DNA of 64,000 bases from Hyphomicrobiales bacterium (GTDB lineage Bacteria; Pseudomonadota; Alphaproteobacteria; Rhizobiales; Beijerinckiaceae), in assembly GCA_947447895.1 (NCBI GenBank), contig CANFLM010000005.1:4677-68676 (forward strand). The letters are read 5' to 3'. A program made the translations under genes and the position numbers. Below, piece by piece: positions 56,545 through 64,000 of the stretch. How positions within the stretch are numbered: position 1 is the stretch's first letter; each line of letters starts with the position of its first letter. Under the pieces are notes generated by a model. The model had not been told where the DNA came from. It searched no databases and saw only the letters and a program-made list of their open reading frames with translations.

Positions 56545-59508
56545 TCAATGCGCCTCGTCCCAGTTCTGTGCGGCAGCGGCTTCGACCACCAGCGGGACTT
56601 TCAGGGTCAGCGCCGGATGCGGGGCTTCGACCATCACCGACTTGACCAGAGGAATGGTTTTCTCGACCTCCGCATCGGGCACTTCGAAAATCAGTTCGTC
56701 GTGGACCTGCAACAGCATCCGCGCGGCCAGACCCGATTGGGAGAGCGCGTCTTCCATCCGCACCATGGCGCGGCGGATCACATCGGCGGCCGAGCCCTGG
56801 ATCGGCGCGTTGATCGCGGCGCGTTCCATGAAGGCGCGTTCGGACGGGTTGGAGGATCTGATCTGCGGATAATGCGCCTTGCGGCCGAAAATGGTTTCGA
56901 CATAGCCCTTGTCTTTGGCCGTGCGCTTGGTCTCTTCCATATAGTCGCGGATGCCAGGGAAGCGCTCGAAATATTTGCGGATATAGGCGCCCGCCTCCTC
57001 GCGGCCGATGCCCAACTGGTTGGCCAGACCGAAAGCGGAAATGCCGTAGATGATCCCGAAATTGATGGCCTTGGCGCGCCTCCGGATTGACGGATCCATG
57101 CCTTCGACCGGCACGCCGAACATTTCCGACGCCGTCATGGCATGAATGTCGATATTGTTGGCAAAGGCCTGCCGCAATTGCGGAATATCGGCAATATGGG
57201 CCAGAAGCCGCAATTCGATCTGCGAATAGTCAGCCGAGACCAGCTTGTAGCCGGCCGGTGCGACAAAGGCCGTCCTGATCTTGCGGCCTTCCTCGGAGCG
57301 GATCGGAATATTCTGGATATTGGGATCGGAGGAGGCCAGACGGCCGGTGGTGGTGGCCGCCATCGAAAAGGAGGTATGGACACGGCCCGTTTGTGCATTG
57401 ACGAAATTGGGCAGGGCATCTGTATAGGTCGATTTCAGCTTGGCCAATTGCCGCCAGTCCAGAATCCGGCGCGGCAGGTCATGGCCCTGTTCGGCCAGAT
57501 CCTCGAGCACCTGTGCGCCTGTCGACCACGCGCCTGTGGCGGTCTTTTTGGCGCCGGGTAGGCCCATTTTGCCGAACAGAATATCTCCCAATTGCTTGGG
57601 CGAAGCGAGGTTGAAGTTTTCCCCCGCCAGCTGGTGCACCTCGGCTTCCAGCCGCGCCATGCCTTGCGCGAATTCACCCGACAGCCGCGACAGGATGGTG
57701 CGGTCGATCGCAATGCCGCGCTCCTCCATCCGGGCCAGCACCAGCGCCAGCGGCCGTTCCAGCCGCTCATAGACATGGCTCATGCCCTCGGCCACCAGAC
57801 GGGCTTTCAAGAGCAGCCAGAGCCGCAGCGTGACATCGGCATCCTCGGCCGCATAGGCCGTGGCCGCATCAATCGCCACGCGGGCAAAACCGATAAAGCT
57901 CTTGCCGGTTCCCGCCACTTCCGCAAAGGCAATCGGCTTGTGGCTGAAATGCAGTTGCGCCAATTCGTCCATGCCATGCCCGTGCAATCCGGCATCGAGC
58001 GCATAGGACATCAGCATCGTGTCATCGACCGGCGCAATCGCCACCCCGTGACGGCGCATGACCAGCGCATCATATTTGATGTTCTGGCCGATTTTGATCA
58101 CTGCAGGGTCCTGCAGCAAAGACTTGAGCAGGGCCAGTGCCTCGGCAGCCGGAATTTGCCCCGCCACCAGATTGCCGCCCCCGAACAGATCACCACTGCC
58201 CTCCCCGACATGTCCCAAAGGCACATAACAGGCCGTTCCGATCTCGCAAGCCAGCGAGAATCCGACCAGATCGGCCGACATCGCATCCAGTGCCGTGGTT
58301 TCGGTGTCGAAAGCCACAAAACCGGTGGCGCGGGCCTTGGCGATCCATTCCTGCAACCGCGCCGTTGTGGTCACGGTTTCATAGCGGGTCTTGTCGAACG
58401 GCTGTGCCAGCAGGGTTTTCTGCCAGAAAGCCACCGCGGCCTGTGGTGTCCCTGCCGCATGATCACTGGTTGCAGACACGACCGGAGCCACCGCAAAAGT
58501 GCTTGCGCCTGCGCCGGATGACGGAGCCGATCCCTGCCTGGACAGCGCCGGATCCGGTTCGAACGCACCTGGATCGACGCCGTAGAGATCGGCCACCCGC
58601 TTGGTGATGGTGGTAAATTCGAGTGCCTTGAGAAAACCGATCAGCTTGGCGGCATCTGGCTCGGGATGGGCAAGCTGGTCGAGCGGGACTTTCACCTCGA
58701 CATCATCGACCAGTTGCACAAGCTTTTGCGAGACGCGGATCAGCTCGACCGCTGCCGGTTCGGTCAATGCCTCGCGGCGTTTGGGCTGGGTAATCTCGTG
58801 GGCGCGCGACAGCAGCGTGTCGAGATCGCCATATTCCTGGATCAGCAGAGCGGCGGTTTTCATGCCGATGCCCTTGGCGCCGGGCACATTGTCGGTGGAA
58901 TCACCCGCCAAAGCCTGCACATCCACCACGCGGTTGGGCGGCACACCGAAATAGTCGACGACTTCCTTTTCGGAAATTCTGCGTTCGTCGCGCTCGCCCG
59001 AAGCCGGATCATACATGGCGACGCCGGGTCCAAGCAGCTGCATCAGATCCTTGTCCGCCGAGATGATCAGCACATCCGCACCCTGCTCTTTGGCCTGGCG
59101 GGCATAGGTGGCAATCAGATCATCGGCCTCGTAGGTATCCTGCTCGACAGGCATCATGCCGAAGGCGCGGACGGCCTCGCGCATCAGCGGAAATTGCGGC
59201 ACCAGATCTTCGGGCGGCTCGGAGCGGTTGGCCTTATAGAGCGGATAGAGGGCCTTGCGGAACGAATTTTCGGATTTGTCGAAAATAATCGCCAGATGGG
59301 TCGGCTTGATCCCTGTGGCACCCTCGCGGACAAATTGCAGCAATTTGGTCGCAAAAATCCGCACCGCGCCGGTCGGCAGGCGGTCGGACCGGTAATTGTA
59401 TTTCTGGTCCTGCCGGATCGACTGGAAATAGGCCCTGAAGACAAAAGAGGAGCCATCGACCAGAAAGACATGATCGCCGGGGCGCACGGGACGGGAATTC
59501 AGGGTCAT
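56545..59508 (-). CDS. polA: DNA polymerase I
   Basis: 987 aa. 5'-nuclease N-terminus, 3'-5' exonuclease domain (FDTETT), and polymerase motifs DYSQIELR and QVHDE. Confidence 0.95.
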   Translation of the reverse strand: MTLNSRPVRPGDHVFLVDGSSFVFRAYFQSIRQDQKYNYRSDRLPTGAVRIFATKLLQFVREGATGIKPTHLAIIFDKSENSFRKALYPLYKANRSEPPEDLVPQFPLMREAVRAFGMMPVEQDTYEADDLIATYARQAKEQGADVLIISADKDLMQLLGPGVAMYDPASGERDERRISEKEVVDYFGVPPNRVVDVQALAGDSTDNVPGAKGIGMKTAALLIQEYGDLDTLLSRAHEITQPKRREALTEPAAVELIRVSQKLVQLVDDVEVKVPLDQLAHPEPDAAKLIGFLKALEFTTITKRVADLYGVDPGAFEPDPALSRQGSAPSSGAGASTFAVAPVVSATSDHAAGTPQAAVAFWQKTLLAQPFDKTRYETVTTTARLQEWIAKARATGFVAFDTETTALDAMSADLVGFSLACEIGTACYVPLGHVGEGSGDLFGGGNLVAGQIPAAEALALLKSLLQDPAVIKIGQNIKYDALVMRRHGVAIAPVDDTMLMSYALDAGLHGHGMDELAQLHFSHKPIAFAEVAGTGKSFIGFARVAIDAATAYAAEDADVTLRLWLLLKARLVAEGMSHVYERLERPLALVLARMEERGIAIDRTILSRLSGEFAQGMARLEAEVHQLAGENFNLASPKQLGDILFGKMGLPGAKKTATGAWSTGAQVLEDLAEQGHDLPRRILDWRQLAKLKSTYTDALPNFVNAQTGRVHTSFSMAATTTGRLASSDPNIQNIPIRSEEGRKIRTAFVAPAGYKLVSADYSQIELRLLAHIADIPQLRQAFANNIDIHAMTASEMFGVPVEGMDPSIRRRAKAINFGIIYGISAFGLANQLGIGREEAGAYIRKYFERFPGIRDYMEETKRTAKDKGYVETIFGRKAHYPQIRSSNPSERAFMERAAINAPIQGSAADVIRRAMVRMEDALSQSGLAARMLLQVHDELIFEVPDAEVEKTIPLVKSVMVEAPHPALTLKVPLVVEAAAAQNWDEAH

Positions 59509-59589
59509 GGATCAAGCCGGCTCATCTGGTGGATAGAAGGATTGTTCATGATCATGTCATGACGCAGCACAGGAGGCGAGAGCCGGGCT

Positions 59590-60828
59590 CTATTGATCTG
59601 GGGATGATCCGTCGTCATGGCCCAAAAAGCCGATCACCCCATGGGCTGCCGCCACCGCCGTGGCAAAACTGGCCTGCAGCAGATAGCCGCCGGTCGGCGC
59701 TTCCCAATCCAGCATTTCGCCGGCCACAAACACACCAGGCCGGGCGCGGATCATCAGATGCGGGGTCAACTGGTCAAAGGCGACACCGCCCGCGGTAGAA
59801 ATCGCCCGCTCGATCCCCTCGATCCCGCGCACCGTCAACGGCACGGCCTTCACCAGCGCGGCCAGTGCCTTGGCGTCCACCGGCAGCGGGCCGCCGCAAG
59901 CCTCCCGCATCAGGGCAATGCCGATCGGGGCCAGACCGGCCGCCCGATGCAGGAAGGTCGAGGCCGACGCCTTGGCCCGCGGCTCGCGCAATTTCTCCTC
60001 GATCAGAGCCAAAGGCAGATCGGGCCGCAGATCGATCGTGATGGTGGTGGAACCATGCTGCATCACCGCGTCCCGGATCGGCGCCGACAACGCATAGACC
60101 GCGCCACCTTCCAGCCCGCGCTCGGACACAATCGCCTCGCCGCGCACCGTCACGCCCTGATGGGTCAAAGCCGCACGTTTGATCGGCTCTCCGGCAAAAC
60201 GGCTGCGCAGAATGTCCGACCAAGCGATGTTCAGGCCCATATTCGACGGTTTGAGCGGCATAACCTTGACGCCCGCATGCTCGAGGGTTGTAACCCAGCC
60301 GCCGTCAGAGCCCATACGCGGCCAGCTCGCGCCCCCAAGAGCCAGCAGACTGGCTTTGGCGTCGATGACCCGCTCGCCGTCCGGCGTAGAAAAGACGGCC
60401 TGTCCTTGCCCATTCCATCCGGTCCAGCGGTGGCGGAACTGGAAACGCACACCCAAACCGCTCAACCGCTGCAACCAGGCGCGCAACAAAGGCGAGGTTT
60501 TGAAACTTTTGGGAAATACGCGCCCCGACGTCCCGGTGAATGTTGGCTGGTCCAGGCCCTCGCACCAATCAATCAGATCCAGCGGCGAAAAGGCCTCGAT
60601 CAGCGGCGTTATCTGGGGTTGGGCCTCGCGGTAACGGGCCAGAAAATCATCGACCCCTTCGGAGTGGGTCAGGTTCAGCCCGCCGCGACCCGCCAGCAGG
60701 AATTTGCGGCCCGCGCTCGGCATGGCATCGACCACCAGCACGGAGTGACCCGCTTCGGCAATGGTTTCAGCCGCCATCAATCCGGCCGGTCCGGCACCGA
60801 TGATCAAAACGTCCGTGGTCTGTTTCAT
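59590..60828 (-). CDS. HI0933/BaiN-like (TIGR03862-type) FAD-dependent flavoprotein
   Basis: 412 aa. DVLIIGAGPAGLMAA dinucleotide motif and ...GRKFLLAGRGGLNLTH. Confidence 0.8.
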   Translation of the reverse strand: MKQTTDVLIIGAGPAGLMAAETIAEAGHSVLVVDAMPSAGRKFLLAGRGGLNLTHSEGVDDFLARYREAQPQITPLIEAFSPLDLIDWCEGLDQPTFTGTSGRVFPKSFKTSPLLRAWLQRLSGLGVRFQFRHRWTGWNGQGQAVFSTPDGERVIDAKASLLALGGASWPRMGSDGGWVTTLEHAGVKVMPLKPSNMGLNIAWSDILRSRFAGEPIKRAALTHQGVTVRGEAIVSERGLEGGAVYALSAPIRDAVMQHGSTTITIDLRPDLPLALIEEKLREPRAKASASTFLHRAAGLAPIGIALMREACGGPLPVDAKALAALVKAVPLTVRGIEGIERAISTAGGVAFDQLTPHLMIRARPGVFVAGEMLDWEAPTGGYLLQASFATAVAAAHGVIGFLGHDDGSSPDQ

Positions 60829-60890
60829 ATCATGCCCGATCCGGCCCGCGAGCCTGTTGTTCAGTCTCTTTGTGCCTGATTTGGCCGGAT

Positions 60891-61409
60891 TTAGCGAGAC
60901 AGTTTCAAACCATCCGCAATGGTCTGGATGATCGTCGCGGGCGCCTGGTCAATCGCAACGCGAAACGGCTTCTCGTCATCCTGCGGTGCTTCGAGCGTGG
61001 CAAACTGGCTGTCGAGCAGTGAGGTCGGCATGAAATGGTTTTGGCGCGCGGCCATGCGCGCGGCAATCAGCTGTTTGTCGCCGACCAGATGGACCAGCGC
61101 GACATGCTGGCGCGAGCCGACAATGACCTCGCGATAGGCACGCTTGAGCGCCGAACAGGTCACAACCGCCGGATTGTTCTGCGCCTCGGCCTCGTCGATG
61201 AAATGCGCGATCGCCTGCAACCACGGCTTGCGGTCGTCATCGTTCAGGGGTTGGCCGCTCGACATCTTGGCGACATTTTCGGGGGGATGGAAACTGTCTG
61301 CATCGCGGAACATCCAGCCCAGCCGATCAGCCAGTCCCTCGCCGACCGTGCTTTTGCCGGAACTGGTCACACCCATGATCAACACAACAGACGGGGGATG
61401 GGCAGACAT
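60891..61409 (-). CDS. gntK: Gluconokinase
   Basis: 172 aa. P-loop GVTSSGKST, DADSFHP, and PLNDDDRKPWL. Confidence 0.85.
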   Translation of the reverse strand: MSAHPPSVVLIMGVTSSGKSTVGEGLADRLGWMFRDADSFHPPENVAKMSSGQPLNDDDRKPWLQAIAHFIDEAEAQNNPAVVTCSALKRAYREVIVGSRQHVALVHLVGDKQLIAARMAARQNHFMPTSLLDSQFATLEAPQDDEKPFRVAIDQAPATIIQTIADGLKLSR

Positions 61410-61516
61410 ATCGCATTCCTCTCATACAAACCTGTTGCTTGTCTCCAAGGGGAAACAGGCACAACTGTCAAGCCCGATAGCACATACTGAGCCGCATATC
61501 AGCATCGAGCGGCGCG

Positions 61517-62017
61517 TCAGAGGGCGACAACTCCCGAACGGTCCAGCCGCGCCAGATAGTCACACACCCGATGCCCGCCTATCATCACATCGGGGGCCAG
61601 ATCATTCAACGGCACCAGCACAAAGGCCCGTTCGGCAAACCGCGGATGCGGCAGGATCAGATCGGGCCCGTCACGGGTTTCATCATTATAGGCGATCAGA
61701 TCGATGTCGATCCGTCGCGGACCCCAGCGCAATTCGTGGCTGCGGTTGCGGCCCATATCCCGTTCGACCTCGTGGCTCAGGGCCATCAACTGTTCCGGAG
61801 ACAGAACCGTCTCGACGCTGATCACGCTGTTGGTGAAATCGGGCTGTGGCACCGGCCCTACGGGCGTGGTGCGGTAGAACGGCGCACGTCCCGAAACCCT
61901 AACCAGTCCCGATGCCGCCAAGCGGTCGACCGCCTCGCCGATCAGCGCCACACCGGGGCCGAGATTGCTGCCGAGCGACAAAAAAGCCGTTGCAGGGCGT
62001 CCGGAACGCGTGGTCAC
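61517..62017 (-). CDS. folK: 2-amino-4-hydroxy-6-hydroxymethyldihydropteridine diphosphokinase
   Basis: 166 aa. LGSNLG, RWGPRxIDIDL and PHP motifs. 4-nt overlap with folB. Confidence 0.9.
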   Translation of the reverse strand: MTTRSGRPATAFLSLGSNLGPGVALIGEAVDRLAASGLVRVSGRAPFYRTTPVGPVPQPDFTNSVISVETVLSPEQLMALSHEVERDMGRNRSHELRWGPRRIDIDLIAYNDETRDGPDLILPHPRFAERAFVLVPLNDLAPDVMIGGHRVCDYLARLDRSGVVAL

Positions 62018-62394
62018 GCGGCCTGGCCTTCGCGGAATTTTTCGATGCTGGCGGAAATCGAATCAAACTGCGCCGCAATCGGTGCCGAAGGCTTGTGGAC
62101 GGTCACGCTGACCGAGCGCGCTTTGTCGAACCGGTCCAGCAAATGGCTGGCCAGCCGATCGGCTGCGGTTTCGATCATGTTGTAGGATTGCGCGGTAAAG
62201 GCTGTTTTGGTTTCCTCAATGACATGCGCATAGCTGACCGAGCGCACGATATCGTCATCGATCAGCGCAGAGGTGGCATTCACCCGCAAGGTAATATCGA
62301 GCAGAAACCGCTGGCCGAGCACCTTTTCCTCTGCAAACACCCCGTGATGGGCATACAGGGCCAGCTGGTGGATGCTGATCGTATAAAAACTCAT
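62014..62394 (-). CDS. folB: Dihydroneopterin aldolase
   Basis: 126 aa. HGVFAEEKVLGQRF motif. Confidence 0.9.
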   Translation of the reverse strand: MSFYTISIHQLALYAHHGVFAEEKVLGQRFLLDITLRVNATSALIDDDIVRSVSYAHVIEETKTAFTAQSYNMIETAADRLASHLLDRFDKARSVSVTVHKPSAPIAAQFDSISASIEKFREGQAA

Positions 62395-63245
62395 TACTGC
62401 ATCTCCCGCAGGCGGTCGGTCACACGCGCTGCCTGCACGGCAGCAGCGACATCATGGGCGCGCACAATATCAGCCCCGGCGAGGATGCCAATCGTGTGCG
62501 TGGCAATTGTCCCCGGCAATCGTTGCATCGGGGCACTGGGATGGATTTTATCGATCATCGATTTGCGCGAGGCCCCGAGCAGGATCGGCAGGCCGAACTG
62601 TTTCAACCGGTGCAATTGCGCGATCATGATCAGATTCTGGTCGAGGGTCTTGCCGAAACCGATGCCCGGATCAACCGCCAACCGCTCCATCGGCACACCG
62701 GCACGGCTGGCCAGCGTCAGCGAGTGTTCCAGAAACCGCAAGGCATCCTCGACAATATCAAGGGACGGATCAATTTCCTTGCGGTTATGCATCAGAACGG
62801 CCGAAGCCCCCAGCGACGCCACCACCTCCGCCATGCCCGCATCGGCCTGAAACCCCCAGACATCATTGACGATCGAGGCCCCGGCCGCCAGAGCCCGCGC
62901 GGCAATATCGGCTTTGTAGGTATCAATCGATACCGGACAGGCCACCACCGCCGACAAAGCGCGGATTACCGGTTCAACCCGTTTCCATTCATCCTCAACC
63001 GACACGGCCAGCGCACCCGGACGCGTGGATTCACCGCCGATATCGAGGATATCCGCGCCTTCCTCCACCAGATGATGGGCATGGGTGATCGCGGTATCGG
63101 GATCAAAAAACACCCCGCCATCCGAGAAGGAATCGGGAGTAATGTTGACAATGCCCATCACCAGAGTGCGGCCATACCCCCCCAGGCGGCCGCCATGGGC
63201 CGCAAAGATCTCGCCGGTCAATATCTGGTGCGATGATGCGTGCAT
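62394..63245 (-). CDS. folP: Dihydropteroate synthase
   Basis: GIVNITPDSFSDGG and DIGGESTRPG motifs. The start at 63245 gives the usual ~283 aa. The track start at 63359 would add a 38-aa Lys-rich, A-rich segment that looks non-coding. Confidence 0.9.
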   Translation of the reverse strand: MHASSHQILTGEIFAAHGGRLGGYGRTLVMGIVNITPDSFSDGGVFFDPDTAITHAHHLVEEGADILDIGGESTRPGALAVSVEDEWKRVEPVIRALSAVVACPVSIDTYKADIAARALAAGASIVNDVWGFQADAGMAEVVASLGASAVLMHNRKEIDPSLDIVEDALRFLEHSLTLASRAGVPMERLAVDPGIGFGKTLDQNLIMIAQLHRLKQFGLPILLGASRKSMIDKIHPSAPMQRLPGTIATHTIGILAGADIVRAHDVAAAVQAARVTDRLREMQ

Positions 63246-63410
63246 GGCCTGCTGATACAAGCAAACGCCCGGTTTGTCGCCCCCTTCCGCAGTTTGTCCC
63301 AATCCCTTTTGTGTCTTGTTTTTTTGCCTCTTGCCCATATTTCTTGCCTTTATCGCCATATGCCATCAAAACCGGATCAATCAGCTCGTACCGCCACAGG
63401 AACAACCGGC

Positions 63411-64000
63411 ATGCGCCCCATGATCGAACAGTTACTGCGTCCATTGCTTCTGACTGCCTTTGCAGCAGCCCTCTGCCTTGCGGTAAACGGAACGGCTGGG
63501 GCGGCCAACCAGACCAAATTGCGGCTTGGCATGGTGGTCACCTTGTCGGGTTCGTCCTCTGTTCTGGGCACCCAGACGCGCGACGGGTTCCAGCTCGCAC
63601 TCAACCAGCTCGGCGGGCGACTGGGCGGACGCGAGGTCGAGCTGTTTGTTGCCGACGACGAGTTGAAGCCCGATATTGCCGTGCAACGCCTGCAAGGCCT
63701 GCTGGCACGCGATCAGGTGGAACTGGTGGTCGGGCCGATTTTCTCCAACATCCTGCAAGCCATCCACAAGCCGGTGATCGACAGCGGCCGCATCCTGATC
63801 AGCCCGAATGCCGGCCCCTCGCTCTATGCCGGCGCGCAATGTTCGCCCTATTTCTCGGTTGTCTCCTACCAGAACGACCAGGCCCACGAGGTGATGGGCC
63901 GCTATGCCGAAGGCAAGGCCTATCGCCGCATCGCCGTGATCATGCCGAATTACCAGGCCGGCAAGGATGCGGTGGCCGGATTCCGCCGCGCTTTCAGAGG
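63411..64000 (+). CDS. ABC transporter periplasmic substrate-binding protein, LivK/type-1 PBP family (3' end runs off the window)
   Basis: Absent from the ORF track because it is open at the window edge. My translation from the ATG at 63411 gives MRPMIEQLLRPLLLTAFAAALCLAVNGTAGAANQTKLRLGMVVTLSGSSSVLGTQTRDGFQLAL..., a signal peptide followed by an LivK-like N-domain. Confidence 0.75.
   Translation, partial: MRPMIEQLLRPLLLTAFAAALCLAVNGTAGAANQTKLRLGMVVTLSGSSSVLGTQTRDGFQLALNQLGGRLGGREVELFVADDELKPDIAVQRLQGLLARDQVELVVGPIFSNILQAIHKPVIDSGRILISPNAGPSLYAGAQCSPYFSVVSYQNDQAHEVMGRYAEGKAYRRIAVIMPNYQAGKDAVAGFRRAFR

Noticed and set aside
1-64000. Searched for CRISPR arrays, IS elements/transposases, integrases, phage genes, toxin-antitoxin pairs, restriction-modification or other defence islands, tRNA/rRNA genes and long tandem or inverted repeats
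   Set aside because: None were seen. Every ORF longer than about 100 aa with protein-like composition was assignable to a metabolic, transport, regulatory or housekeeping family, and no repeat-spacer periodicity was visible. The check was by eye only, so short or degenerate elements could have been missed.

Overview
GC-rich chromosomal segment, almost certainly from an alphaproteobacterium. Evidence: two-subunit AddAB, DivL, truncated HprK, and the chvI-chvG-hprK-EIIA(Man)-NPr-ahcY block. I call about 60 protein genes at high coding density. I found no rRNA, tRNA, CRISPR array, IS element, integrase, prophage or recognisable defence genes. Layout: (i) 1-14 kb is an accessory-looking catabolic/uptake cluster. 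It holds a Gfo/Idh/MocA oxidoreductase, two HIBADH-like dehydrogenases, an IorAB-type two-subunit molybdenum hydroxylase, a LivHMGF-type ABC importer, a PuuE-like deacetylase-fold hydrolase, an alpha/beta hydrolase, a luciferase-like monooxygenase, a LysR regulator, a GlcG-like protein and an FAH-family protein with an apparent Tat signal. (ii) 14-23.8 kb holds hpf-ptsN, class I fumarase, an ArsR / aminotransferase / split YeeE-YedE module, phaZ, a YgjP-type metallopeptidase and an MFS pump. (iii) 23.8-63.4 kb is a long, mostly minus-strand housekeeping run: PBP1A, accD-trpA-trpB-trpF, an OCD-family gene, lapA-ihfB-sppA, ridA-folC, trxA, addA-addB, murU, a tsaE-amgK fusion, divL, ahcY, NPr-EIIA(Man)-hprK-chvG-chvI, polA and folK-folB-folP. 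Honest assessment: most of the window is conserved core genome, and I see no clear-cut novel multi-gene system. The items most worth follow-up are: the ArsR (atypical CX3C) / KAT-type aminotransferase / split YeeE-YedE module; the unassigned N-heterocycle-like catabolic cluster; the Tat-signal FAH protein; the TsaE-AmgK fusion inside a translationally coupled divL-to-murU chain that is followed 30 nt later by the coupled addB-addA pair; and a PhaZ with a histone-H1-like Ala/Lys tail. All family calls rest on motif recognition by eye and were not checked against any database.
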